Assembly: GCA_016748015.1 (NCBI GenBank)
Contig: JAAOMT010000003.1
Coordinates: 438,373-502,372 of the forward strand
DNA length: 64,000 bases
Source: Geosiphon pyriformis uo1
Taxonomy: Eukaryota > Fungi > Glomeromycota
Direction of reading: 5' to 3'
Below the pieces are notes generated by a model, which saw only the letters and a list, made by a program, of their open reading frames with translations, ran no database searches and had not been told where the DNA came from. Made by a program: the position numbers and the translations under genes. This document shows, piece by piece, positions 10,540 through 23,716 of the stretch (positions are counted from its first letter, which is position 1; each line of letters starts with the position of its first letter).

Positions 10540-13500
10540 TTATGTGTGTCTCATTCTTGACAAACAGTCAGCATTAGCATTTTTGGTACCTTCTTTGTAT
10601 TTGATAATATAATCGTATGGTGCTAACGTTTGTGACCATCTGGCGTATTTTCCTTTTAGCGCTTTCTTGTTATTTAACCAGACCAGACCTCTATGATCTG
10701 TTGTAATCTCAAAGGGTTGGTACCATAAATATGTGTCAAAGTGAACACAACTCCAGACTACTGCTAAGCATTCAAGTTTATGTGCTGTGTAGTTTTGTTT
10801 TGCCATACTGAGACTTCTGCTGGCATAAGCAATTACACGTTCTCTTCCATTATCATCTTTTTGTGACAGAATGGCTCCAAGTCCAGTTCCAGAGGCATCT
10901 GTGGCCAAAATGAATTTCTTGTTGAAATTCGGATAGATCATTATTGGTGATTCAATGAGCTTTTGTCTAAGGTACTCAAAAGCTTTTTGTTGTGCTTCAG
11001 TCCATTCAAACTTCATATTTTTAGATAGTAGGTAATTAAGGGGTTTGGCGATGTTTGAAAAGTTTTCTACAAAGCGGCGGTAATAAGATGCGAGTCCTAA
11101 AAAGCTTCTAACTTCTGAGACGTTTTGAGGTACTGGAAAATTTTTCACTTTGTCTATTTTTGATAGATCTGGTTTTATTCCATCTTTTCCAACTACGTGT
11201 CCTAAAAATGCTAGCTCATTTTTCCCAAAGAAACATTTTTCTAGATTTAGTTTAAGTCCAGTGTGTCTCAATCTCTCAAAAACTTGTTGTAAATGTTGGA
11301 GATGATCTGTGAATTTTGACGAGAAAACATTTGTATCATCCAAGTAGACAACAACGGATTGCCACAGGATTCTAGAGTAAATTACATCCATTAGTCTTTG
11401 GAATGTCGCGAGAGCGTTTGTTAATCCAAATGGCATTACATTAAACTCATAATTGCCATTTTGTGTTGTGAATGCTGTTTTATGCCTGTCCTTTGGGTCC
11501 ATTTCCACTTGCCAGTACCCACTGGTCAAGTCCAGTGTAGAAAACCATTTTGCTCCTCCAAAAACATCGAAGATTTCGTCAATTAACGGTATTGGGTATG
11601 AGTCTTTGGTTGTTTTGCTGTTTAGTTTGTGATAGTCAATGCAAAATCTAATTTTTCCGTTCTTTTTCCTTATTAAAACAACTGGTAAGAACCATGGGCT
11701 CATTGATGGTTGTATTATTCCTTTTTCCAACATGCTTTGGACTTCTTCTCTGATAAAATTATGCTCCATTGGTGGAACACGGTAAGCGCGTTGTTTTTCA
11801 GGTCTGGCGTCTCCAGTGGGGATTTGGTGTTGAACCAAATTGGTTCTTCCAAATTCACCATTTCTTGAAAATATATCAGAGTATTTTAAAATTAATGCTT
11901 TTAATTGTTGCTGTTGGTCAGGATCCATTGTTCCAATGTTTAATTTGGCCAATTCTTCTGGCGTAAATTGATAGCATTCTACTGGTTGTTGCCAATTTAT
12001 TGAAGTGAGTTCACAGTAGAGGGCGATTTCTGGGAAATTTAGAATTTCTTGTGGTGTTGACGCATTTTCTAGCTCCATTCCGAGGTATCCAATGATGGTA
12101 TCTTCCGGAATGTAGACGGGTTCTTCTATGGTGTTTGCGATAGGAATTTTTATCCATTGAGCTTTATCAGCTGGAATAAAAAGGTTAGTAAGTCTTATGA
12201 GAAACTGTTGGCAAGTTTCTGGGTAGGGCTTAAATATTAGGTCTTTTTCTTTAATTGTCCTTTTTATTCTTATTTCTGATTTTCCATATGGTAGGAGCAT
12301 AATAGACCACTCATTTTTAATTACTTCGCCTTTTTCCTCTATTGTTTCAGCAAAATTCGCTTCAATTCCTTTTCCTGTCGATCCGAAACCAAAAGTTCCT
12401 CTCGTTGTTTATGACAATTCCTCACAATTTTCCACTGGCACGAATTTCCCAATTTTTACCAATGGTAGGAAAATTGCTTGTGCAATCTTTTCCTTAGATT
12501 CAATGGTATAAGGCTTTTCTGAATTGTTCTGTAGCAAAACCATCAAATTTCCAGTGTATCCGGAGTCAATTACTCCTCCTTAAACACTTATTCCTAAGTG
12601 CCCGTTGTCGAAGTATTGGATGTCGGTCACCTGTTCTAGGTCGGTATAGGCTACAAATTTTTCTGACTCAGGACCATCAGGTAAGTCTTGTTGATTTATT
12701 GATTGATTTTGAGACTGCTGATTCTCAATTTCCATTTTTCTTTCTAAGTCCCTTTCGTCTTGACACTCTTCACAGCACTGACTTTGGCACGGGATGAGAC
12801 AGTTTTCGCAGAGATAAGTGTTGATTTGGGCAAGGTATTGTTCTTGCTTTTGTCGAGTGGGGCATAGTTGTTGGTAGTAGTCCTGGAATTCGTCCACTGG
12901 GTCGAACATGTTGTAGCTGGCGACTTTGTCAGCTACTTCGGCTGACTCTTTCCAACATCGTATTTCTTTGGCGGTTCCTCCTCTTACTTTGGCTTGTGCG
13001 GTGTTGTACAACTCATCCTTGTCGTGTGGGTAGTGCTGTAGTCTTTTTAACACTCTGTTGAACACTGCTTCGAACGGCGTTCCTCCTCTTACCCAGTCAC
13101 AGATGAGGATCATGTATTGGCAAGTTGCGTCACACGTTCCTCCTCTGCCTGGTAAGTTGTTCCAGTCGCACCCTCTTGGTAACAGTTCTCCACAAGCGAG
13201 ACATGGTTCCTCGTCCCATTTTCCGTGTCTTTCTAGGTAACCATATTTTTCTTTGTTACAATGGTTACAATAGTAGTGGGTGGGGTTTCTTGGGTCTTCG
13301 TCCGGTGCGCTGCATGCAGTTATAGATGAGAGTTTCTTCTTGCAAACCGAGCATTCTAGCTTTGGTCTGCGTCGCTGGTGGTTTCTTCGTGAACTTACCT
13401 GGTTCCATTCAGATCTTTCTTCGCTGGTCCACGTTGGTATGGCTGGTAGTCCTGTTTTTTGGTCATCAGCCCAAGAGAGCTGATAGGTTTCGATGGCTGG

Positions 13501-15990
13501 TAGTACTGGATTTTCCTCAAATTCGAAGGTAGGTCTTTGGTTGGCGCTGGGTTTTTGGAAGTGGCCACAGGTGGCTGGAATTTTGGCCTGGTGGCCATTA
13601 TAATTGATCAGAAGCTCTTGGGTGGTCCAGTCTAGAGTGGCGTTGGCTTTTGTTAGCCAGTCATTCTCTACTAATGCTTGATATTGTGTAGCGTCCATTA
13701 CTAATACTTTTGTAGGTATTACTATGCCGTTAATTTCGAAAGGGAATGAGTCGATTTCGCCATAAGGCAGCTTTGTACTTCCATCGGCTGTTATGATTTG
13801 GGACATCGTGGCACGATTAACTTTGAAACCCAGTTGGTTTACTAGTTGAAGCGTTATGATGCTTCCAGCGGATCCGCTGTCTAAGATAAGTTTGATTGGG
13901 GTATTGTTTATAGTGGCTTCCGTATACATAGCAGTGATTGGGCGTTTTTCGTCCAATGCTGCTCCACTGAACATAGCCTCGTTTTCCTCTAATTCAAAAG
14001 GAAAAATAGCTGCAAGGCTGCTATCTTCGGTGGCAACTGCTGGTGGTATTGTCTGGCTCAATTTGGAGGAATTCTTGGTTCTGTTTATGTTTCTACCGTC
14101 ATTGTTTCCGATGATCAGGTTTTCCAGTATATTAAGGTAAGTTTGTTGATAATTTTGGTAGTTTGGATTGGTTTGCTGATTGGTTCTGGCATGGTTTGGA
14201 TTCCTCTGGACCAATGCGTTCTGGTTCTACATGGGCTGATTTCGGGCCTCGGGATGCCAATTCGGATTGGCTATTATGGGCTGTTGCTGGTAAGCTCCTT
14301 GATTTTGATATGTGGTGGGATATTGGCATGGTATTGGCGTGTACTGGTTTCTGGGCATTTGGGGTGGCACGTAGTAATTATTTTCGCATGCTTTCTGCAT
14401 CATTCGCATTCGACATTGACTAATCAAATGTCCTACGCGTTTGCAAAAATGGCAGGCATGTGTTTCTGTTCTGAATTCCTGGCGCGACAGGCAATTATTT
14501 CGACTGTTGCTGACTTCCTGGCTGTGTCTTTGGGGTGGTTGGTATGTATTTTTTCTCGGATTCGGGATGAGGTAACTTTCTATTTTCTTAGAGAGTTCCT
14601 CCCCTAATCGCGTTACTCTTTTCTCTAATGTTTCTGTCTTATTTTCCTCCATTACCATGTTAACCATTTGACTATGGTTAGCTTCTTTCTCAGCCAATTC
14701 AAGGGCTCTGGCGAGCGTAACGGCTTTTGGTAAGGAATTAGGGTGGGCAGGGCGTACTCTTCCTAAAATGCTGCTTTTTAATCCTCTAATAAACTGATTT
14801 AAAACCTGAGGATCAGTGTAGTATCCTTGTTCAATCGCTTCAATCTGATGGCGAATTCGATTGAATCAAGCAAGGTATTGGGTGACAGTTTCACCGGTAT
14901 TTTGCTTGATAGTATTGAATTTGTTCTGTAGTTGGATTACGGCATTTGGGTCGCTAAAATACTCCAGGAGTGCATTTTTAAATTCGGCAAAGCTTGTGGG
15001 TTTTGTTTCCAGGCTTTGATACCATGAGTCGGCTGTGCCTTTCAGGAAGAAAGGTAATGTTTGAATTGCTCTTTGGTTGTTCCAGTTATTTGCCTGGATG
15101 GCTTTTTGTGCTTCTCTGAGCCATGTGTGCACATCCGTTTCTTTTTCCTCTCCTGAGAAATCTGTTAGTCTTGCAATGTATGGTGTGGTCATTTCGTTGC
15201 CGTTTTCTGCTGGTGGGTTTATTGGTCTAAGAGGAGGTGGGATGATATTTCCTTGAGCGTTCCTAAAGGTGGCTTCCCTTATATCCGGTTCTTCCTCTTG
15301 ATCACGAGTTTCTTGGTTTCTGGACTGGCTGCTTGTTCCAGTGACTGGTCTTGTGATTGTTTTTTCACTGGTCTCTTTTTCGGATTCTGATTCAGACTCC
15401 TCTTCACGGTTTTCAAACCCTGTTCTAAATTTTGGCTGAAAAAGAGAGTTTTGGAATAGTGATGAATATCCTCCTGTAATTGGTATGTCTCTCCAGTTAC
15501 GTTGTTTAATTTTATCAATATAACTAGGAGTTTTTGGCGTTTGTGGAGTTGATGTTGATGATGATGCAGCTCCTAATGGAATTTGTATCTTATTTTCTGG
15601 TGAAAAATGGTATGATTTATCTTCTGGTGAATAAATACGTTGTTTCTTTATTGATTGAGTGACAGTTTTCTTTGGCGTTTGAGCTGGTGTTTCTAGTTTT
15701 TGCTGGTTACTTTCCTGATTAGTTTCTAAATTTTTTTTGGTTTTGNNNNNNNNNNNNNNNNNNNNNNNNTCTCTATACAATCCAAGTTTTGCATCGTGTG
15801 GTTCTTCTTCCTTTCCTATATGATAATTTATTCTGGCATTGATATAATAAGTGAGGGCAGATTCTGCTGGACAACACCCTTCTGGTAATCCAAGATCACT
15901 TTGATTTTGTGTGTAAATAGCACGGCAGAATTCAAGAACAGTAAGATTAGGGGTTTTTTTTGTTTCTTTTGTCTTTTCCTTTTTAGCAAT
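10540..15990 (-). pseudogene. Element B polyprotein Gag-PR-Cys-rich-dUTPase(deleted)-RT-RNase H
   Basis: ORFs 14866-15780, 14227-14697, 12580-14214, 10540-12300 are all in one frame; CHFCKRVGHLISQC, LILDSGSAGS, YLDD, ATDAS, ends NADCLSRMRHT*. Confidence 0.93.
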
Positions 15991-16048
15991 GAATTATTGC
16001 TAATTATTATTTCCTTTTTGATTTTTTTTCCTCGTAGGGTTCACCAAA

Positions 16049-17023
16049 TGTTACGGAATGGTTTTCTTGTTATATTTAATTGCTGATATTCCGCTTTAAT
16101 TGCAATCAGTCTTTCATGAGTTCCTCAATTCTATTTGTGTGATAATGTCACTGTTACACTGAAGGCTTTCTTTTTACTGTTGCAATGTAAGTTATTCTTT
16201 AATTCTTGATTGTTGTGTGTGTTTATGTACTCCTTCTCAGAGGCTGAACTGAAATCTACCCACTGTTTGGGGTCTTCTCTGAGGCTATCCTTGCAATTGT
16301 CTGATGTGTTTCTCTAATCTAGAAACACAGAATGTTAATGGTCTTTAGCGCTTTTCTAATTCTCACAATAAAGCTTTTATCAATTAGNNNNNNNNNNNNN
16401 NNNNNNNNNNNNNNNNNNNNNNNNNNNNNNNNNNNNNNNNNNNNNNNNNNNNNNNNNNNNNNNNNNNNNNNNNNNNNNNNNNNNNNNNNNNNNNNNNNNN
16501 NNNNNNNNNNNNNNNAATAATCTTGATCAAGGATTATTCTTCCAAGGGTTTCAGTTGATGAATGATAGTTTCATTCAATAAATAATACAAGTAAGTTTCT
16601 TAATACTTTGGGTTGTGATAGTTCAGTTTTAAATATTTCTTTTTGATTTTTAAAGGTTTCTTGGGATATTTAATTTGAAAGTATGATTTAAAGTGGAGTT
16701 TGTTGGATAAAATTGGATCTATTGCTTGATAAGTTATGATTTTTATTACTTGATTGATTCTTTCCCAATATTAAAACTACTGTATATATACATGTTTGTA
16801 GTTCTACAAGAAAATACTTTCTTTTTGATATTTCAATCTGGTGCTTGCTGCTATCACCAGTTGGTGTTGGCTGCTATTGTGAACTGGTGCTTGCCACTAT
16901 CACGAGATGGTGTTTGCTACTATGTTAATTATTACCTTTCTAAGATTATTACTGTGCTATATTATGATTGAATAGTTTGTATTATTTTTATGATTCTTTT
17001 TGCTAAATTCTTAAACCGTAACA
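16049..17023 (-). repeat. 5' LTR of element B
   Basis: First ~218 bp match 8202-8419; ends TAACA at 17023; contains an N gap at ~16388-16515. Confidence 0.9.
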
Positions 17024-18754
17024 ATGTACATAGAAATTAGGATTATGGCCAATGAAACAGGTTTTTCTATCATATGAATCCAATAAACCAGACAAATCAT
17101 GAACAGTAGTGCCAACTGGCAAAGTATAGAGCAAAGCCCTATGCCAATCTTTTGAAACCCATGATTGTTTATCACCAATAGCTTTTGCTATCTGAACAGA
17201 ATTCTTTCTCATAGAGACAGACCAATTAGCTGCGACCAACTTAGCAATTTTAGATGATTCATATTCAATCAAAGCTTTTTGCCACAGATCAATCAATTGC
17301 ATCTTGATTGACACAATTTTTCCAAACTTAGAAAACACAGATTCCACAGCCAATTTGGAAAAATCAACTGAAATCTCTTTGATGATCACTTCCCAATCCG
17401 AATGACTGTTTACTTTCCTTATCTCATCATTAACCAGAATTTTCTTACTAACAGCCAATTTTTTTGCTTTTTTTAAATTAGATTCTGAAGTAAAAGATGA
17501 CCTAATAATACCTGAAAATTTTGAGAGAGTAGAGGCTCTCCCAAAACCATCCACACAATAAAAAAATTTTTTCACACAAATTAACTTATCACCAATTGTC
17601 TTACCAGGCACAGCTAAAAGTTCAATGTCAAGTGCAAAAAATTTCAATGAATTGAAGCTCTATTTCTTTAGGGCATGTGATTCGAGCGGCAGCAGCTTAT
17701 TGAACTCCAAAACCACACAAGGAGGAAGTACTTGTTCACTATTGTCATTACTTATACAGTTAAATGAGAGCTGCTTTGGTAGGTTTCTCAACATGTATGT
17801 ATGAGTGCAAGTTTTTTTTGATGTAGTCTCATCCATATCATTGTTCTCATCTGATTCTGCATAGCTGGTTTCTTCAGCTACTGTGTTGGCCATATTTTTA
17901 ACATCTGAGAGTTTGCTTACACTGCCAGTAACATTGCCAACTTCACTGCCCCAAGACACCACAGGCTTAATGCCAATACCACCAATATCTCCCAAGCTCA
18001 GAGGGCTTACAAATGAGTCAACCATGTCATCAGCTATAGTTTTTTTCATTTTCTTGTATAACATACCACAAAAGTAGATAGTATCTAAGCAATTCTTTTT
18101 AGCATTCAAGTGGGTTCCCAAACCAGCCAAAACCAAGCCAGAACCACCAGCGGATGAGCCTACTGGTTTCATTACAATGAAAGAGATTGTGTTAAAAAAA
18201 ATGACTTTAATGTACTAAGGGAAAAAAAATAAAGTAAAGCAATTTCTCTTATAAATTTTTTTGCTCTTATAGTGGTCAGGGGATTGACAAGAAAAAGATT
18301 TTATTTATCAAACTTTTGTTGTAAATTTAATAACTATTTTTAACAATAATATAATTAAAAAAAACAGCAAAAAAAAATTTTTATAAAAATTAATTAAACT
18401 AAATTAAACCAAATTTTCAAAGTAAGTTTAAATTATGTTTGAAATTAAATTTTTTTAACAAGTTTAAGTTCAGTTTAAATCTGATTCAAAATTTATAAAC
18501 TTGTTTAAATTCAATAAAATTAAAAAATATATATTTTGTATTATTTATTTATTAATTATTACTTTGAATAAAATAAAAAAATTATAACTTATTTATTTAT
18601 TTAAATAATTTTATTTTGCAATTTTTACATAATAAATAAAATTTTAAAATGCATATTCTTTTTGAAATAAAATATATATTGATTATTATACTCATATTAA
18701 ATAATAGTTTTTTGTTAAATAGTAATTTTAATAAATTTATAATATTATGCTTTC

Positions 18755-20420
18755 ATGGAATAGCTTCTCTGTAAGAATGGTTTTGTTTTTAATTGGAAAA
18801 CTTTCAAGTGTTGGAAAAAATTAAATCTATATAACCCTGTTCTTAAATAGTTTGGGCATTCTATTAGCTTCTTTAATGATGTAGCTTCTCTTTTTACTTG
18901 CTTGGCTTCTTTGGGTGTTTCTGAACCTTTGAATGTTTTGAAAACTGGTGAATTTAGGCTGGAATAGAATCATTTATTGGATGTTACAGCTGACAGTCTT
19001 TCTGTATATACTGATGGATCTCTTAAAAATTTGAGAAGTATGAGTGTAAGAACTGGCATGGTGGTATATTTTGAGAATATTGACCTGAGTTTAAGAGTTG
19101 GTATTTTGGGCCTAATGTTTTCTACTCTGACAGAATTACAGACTATTGTACTGGCCCTTAAATGTGTTTCATTTCTTTGCTCTGTTAGCCTTTTTACAGA
19201 CAGTCAGGCTGCTTTGAATGCATGTAAATTGGAATTGGGTCTTATGTATCTGGATTTTCAAAATCAATGTTGGGTAGAGCATTAGCACATAATGAACATT
19301 GTTTGGAAGAAGAAATTGAATGTTAATTGGCATAAAGTGAAAGAGCATTTGGATGTGTCAAGTAATGTGCATGCTGATGTGCTTGCTAATACAACTTTTT
19401 TTTCTTCATGGCATTTTCTTTCTCAAATAAATAAATATTACATTGTAATTGAAGATGGTATTGTTTCTGGCAATTTTAGACATTTTGCTCATGGAACCTT
19501 TCAGTTTATTTATTATGTATGTTGAAAAGTCAATTCTGGTTCTAGGGTTTTGAATAGTAATTTGCTGTCAGATGTTGATTGATCTAGCTTATCTTTGGTG
19601 TGGCATCCAAATTTGCATATAGTTGTTGGTTTTACTAGTAAGTCAATTGCTGGTGTTTGTACTTATTTTATAAAAGTCTTACACCATCAGCTATTGGTTA
19701 CTGTTCGAAAACTTCTGTATAACAAGTGTTACTCCAGCATGTTATGTCTGTATTGTGGTAATATTGAGGTCTCAGATCATGTTTTTTCTTACATGATTGA
19801 TGATTCCATTTGATATTGATTGTTAGATGACCATGCAATTGCTTAGGGTGTGCTTTTGGGTCTTTTTTGCTCCTCTTCATGTATGTCTCAGTTGTTGTCC
19901 TTTTGTGTTTTAAATATGTCAGTGTGTATGGCTTTTTGCAAAGATTTCATTTTTAATGATTGGCTGCGGAAGGCTGTGTTCATCTTTGGTAATTCAAAGA
20001 TTGCAGGTTAGAAGATTGTAAACTTTGTGTGTGGATTCTGCTTTGCTTTTAGAAATGAGATCTGAATTGTTCATGCTAAGTATTATGTATTTATGAAAAA
20101 AAATAGACTGATACTATGTGATGATTTGGCTCCAGTCACAGTCTTTGGATTGTTCTTGGTGCTTTCTGTTGATGTGATTAGATTGCTTAGTATTGCTAAG
20201 ACTTTTGATTTTAGCTTTGGATTTCATAAGTCTCACTTGTTTTTTTCGGGTATTGAGAATTCTATTTTTGTTTATATAAGTGCTTAGCATTGTTCTGATT
20301 GGCTTAAGTGGCTGGTTATGTGTAGAAAATACATAATTCATGCTTAGTTTAGATCAATTATTTGATGTATTGTACTAAATAGTGTTTGAATTTTGCTTGT
20401 TAAATATTAAAAAAAAAAAA
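18755..20420 (+). mobile_element. LINE 2, 5'-truncated (RNase H, Cys motif, 3' UTR, poly-A)
   Basis: VYTDGSLK, TELQTI, FTDSQAA, CLYCGNIEVSDHVFS; stop at 20287; A-tail ~20409-20420. Confidence 0.88.
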
Positions 20421-22119
20421 CATTAATTATATAATTTATATTAAAGACAAAATTTGATAATAATAATAATAAAAATTTTAATAAAATTAATTATTATATT
20501 TTTAAAAAAGTAGTTAATAAAAAAATAAATATAATAGCATAATAGAAAATATATTGCAAAAAATATTTATATAATAAAAAAACCATCTTTTTAAACAAGT
20601 TTTTAATTAATACTAATAAATTTTTAAACATAAAAATTAACTTAGATAGAAAACAAATATTTTATTAATTAATAATAATTACAAAGCAAATAATAAAAGT
20701 TAAGTTTATTTTAACTCTAAAATAAATATATTTAAAATAAATAACTTTTTAATTAGTTTTATTAATTATAATATAAAAATAAAGATAATATTTTTTTTTG
20801 TTATATTATTATCTTAAATAAAATATAAATTAATTTAAAAATTGGCAAAAAAAATAAAAGTATTTATTAAAATTTTTTTAATAATAAAAAAACTATTACT
20901 TTTTTAAAATTTATTAAAATTATTAGATTTATTTTTATTTTTAAAAAAAACATGATTTTTTTTTATGGCTTTATAAGTGTGACTCAATTATTATCTAAAG
21001 ATATACAATATATATAAGTTATAAATTAAACACAATTTATGCATTTGCTACATGTAACCAATCATTCAGACTAAATAAGACTATATTACATATTAATTAT
21101 TATTATCTATTTATCACCCAAATCTGAAAAGAATAAACAACCACAATACAAACCAGAATACATGCTTTGAACCTCATTAATACTAAATAGTATAATTACT
21201 TTATTATTTAAATAGTCTATACTGCTAATGTTAACAGAAAAAATACTACCATCAGCAAATATCAAATTTTTTGTTTTATGTTTAGATTTGTGACATCATA
21301 TTTTAAATCTGTAAGTTAATACCAATCTTCTCACAAATATTACAATTTGGGCATTAATTAGGTTTGAATTACTAAAAACCACTATAGATTCATGATATCA
21401 ATTAATAGGCACTAAACTCTTAACTAAAATAGAATATAAACCAATATTCTTCTTACAACAAAACAGATCCCAAATAATACTAAAAAATAACTTAACAATA
21501 ATAAGTATAGACACTTACCTCTGTTTAAACTCAAATAAGATACTACTATAAGCAATGTTATCATAAATACACCCAAAAGCATAGTCAAAAGTATTAATCT
21601 TATCACAAACTACACACTTTATACTTAAATATAAAACACTATACAAGCATTTATGGATAGCCACTAGTAAATACACATATATGGCTTTCATAAAATAAGT
21701 TTACAGAAAAGCTAAAATACAGTTTATAGAACCAGATGTCATGTTCTTATTAGAATGCCAAACTTTGGCAGTTTTCATTCAATTTATATTAAGAATATCA
21801 TAATTATTTTACATCCTAAAACTTGATCTATTTTCTCATTTTGTATGATACAAAGTTTTATAAAAATCTTTAACATAGTAATAAATATTACAAGATAGTA
21901 CTAAATTGTCTAACAGTATATAAAACTCATATACAATTATAGAAAAAACTGAATTAGAAAAGCAAGCAGCAGAGATGAAAGTGTTAGCACATTTATTTCT
22001 TGTAATACTAGTGTAATCTTTGATCTTAACTCAAGACACTATAAGTCTTTTTACACTAATTAAATTTACTATTTAATGATGTTTCATTTACAAACACTTT
22101 CTGAAATCTGACAAGACCA

Positions 22120-23716
22120 TTCTCAATTATGAATGTTTATCCTTATTTCTGGGTCTTTTACTAGTGCTATATCTTAATGTCAGTATCTTCACATATTAAT
22201 CAATTAATAAACAACAAAGAAACAAAACTAAAGAAAAAAAAAATAAAGAAAAAATAAAGAAATTAAGCCAAAGCAATTTGTATTAATATCCCATCAATAG
22301 CTGTAATCAAGAGCTATTATTCTAATATGATTAAGTATCAGATACTATTAACATTGTTACCAATAGAATTTTAGCTATTAATTAGCATGAAATTACCCTT
22401 ATAATTCCTATAATTCATTAGTATATTAATATCATTTCAAATTATCATTTATTATTTAATCAATTATCACATATTACGATTCAATTAAAATAATCTAATT
22501 AGTATAACAGAAAATAGGATGATCAAATTACACAATACCCTGAACTTTGTAACATTTAAAAATTTGCCGAAATTTACAGAAATTCGCCGAAATTATAAAT
22601 AGTTCACCCAAATTAATCAATAGTTCAGCAAAATAACTTGTAGTTCATCAAAATATATCTTTAGTTTGCCGAAATTTGAGCAAAGAGAAAAAGTGCAAGT
22701 TCATAGACTAGTACTACAACAAGTTGTATAAAAGAAGAGCTTTTCTCTTCTGAAAAATGTATCTTACTTTAGATTTATCTCTTAAAACCATTCCTATATA
22801 CACAAAAAGAAATAAATATCAAATAATTCAAAAAACCAAATTCTTTAATTATTGTACTTGGAAAAACCCCCAAAACCCAACTAACATTTTGAAATTGATT
22901 AGCTACCAATTTCAGTAAACTGTTAGTGACTCCAGGCCTGGATAGAAAACGTTTCCCTTGATAAAAACTTATTTCTTTTACATTTCTTTTATTTTTCTTT
23001 TCTTTTCTTATTACAATTATTAGGGTAGCTTATAGATGAGATTCCTGTAGAAGAGTTGACTTTCACAGCAAAGTAACTACATATTTTTAGTGAGCTTCCA
23101 GACGAGCAATTCCTGGGAAAGTGTTGACGTTTACTACAATGTAACTACATAAAGTAACTGGCAAGGAATTGGCCATTCCACTTATAAGCCCAGCAGTTTA
23201 AATTATAGGAGATAATTTGAAAATAAATTCAGTTATTGGAGGTTCAACCACATCCAGAAAATGTGAATTCACAACAAACAGGCATTAACAACAATTAAGA
23301 AAGAGACCAAAAAACCTCCAGTAACTACATAAAGTATTAATAGTGGGAAAAGTAATTTAGATGGTAAATAATTATTTATTGATATTGATAATTCTAATTA
23401 AGATGTTGTTAAATTGAGAGATCTAGTATCTATTCTTCTTTTTTCTGCTTTTAATGCTCTTACTATATATACATAATTTGGGTTCTATAAAATTGCTCAC
23501 ATTTCTGAGCAATGTGCTATAATTTTTAAGTAATATTCACATTGCTGAGCAATATATCATAATTTTCTGACATTGTTCTACATTGCTAAACAATGTGTTA
23601 TAATTTTTGACAATGTTTCACATTGCTAAGCAATATGTTCATGTGTTAGTTACTATTTTTTTATGAGTTTATCTGTTTTTCCTACTATTTTTTTGTATGT
23701 TTTTCTATGAGTAATA
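22120..23716 (-). repeat. A2-family LTR remnant (left end lost), containing a nested solo LTR
   Basis: Colinear with 4705-5299 once 22355-23326 is removed; ends ATGAGTAATA at 23716. Confidence 0.78.
22355..23326 (+). repeat. Solo LTR of the C family, opposite orientation to element C
   Basis: Reverse complement of 39554-40534; TGTTA...TAACT; 4-bp TSD ACAT. Confidence 0.85.

Larger units (their letters stand above)
8202..17023 (-). mobile_element. Ty3/Gypsy-like LTR retrotransposon B (least decayed copy)
   Basis: LTRs 8202-~8419 (cut by adapter) and 16049-17023 (with N gap); 4-bp TSD ATGT (8198-8201, 17024-17027); PBS TGGTGAACCCTACGAGG next to the 5' LTR. Confidence 0.96.
7403..18172 (-). 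pseudogene. LINE 1 ORF1 (RRM/zinc-knuckle), interrupted at 8202-17023
   Basis: Pieces 17660-18172, 17003-17647, 7403-7879; frame rejoins across the TSD as NFYVH|DRCVVVCF. Confidence 0.85.
5300..18290 (-). mobile_element. LINE 1 (non-LTR retrotransposon), split by element B and cut in RT by LTR A2
   Basis: ORF1 with RRM-like (SVFSKFGKIVSIKMQL) and CCHC parts; ORF2 APE motifs (CNVR, ETKL, GDFN, TDH) and N-terminal RT (LQDMRKTYDSV); 5' edge approximate. Confidence 0.9.

Noticed and set aside
14227-14229. Programmed gag-pol stop readthrough in B
   Set aside because: The TAG lies in a Gln-rich tract and is best explained as CAG>TAG; no conserved equivalent seen in the other families
15746-16515. 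N runs as biological features
   Set aside because: Assembly gaps (15746-15769 and ~16388-16515); frame across the first is uncertain
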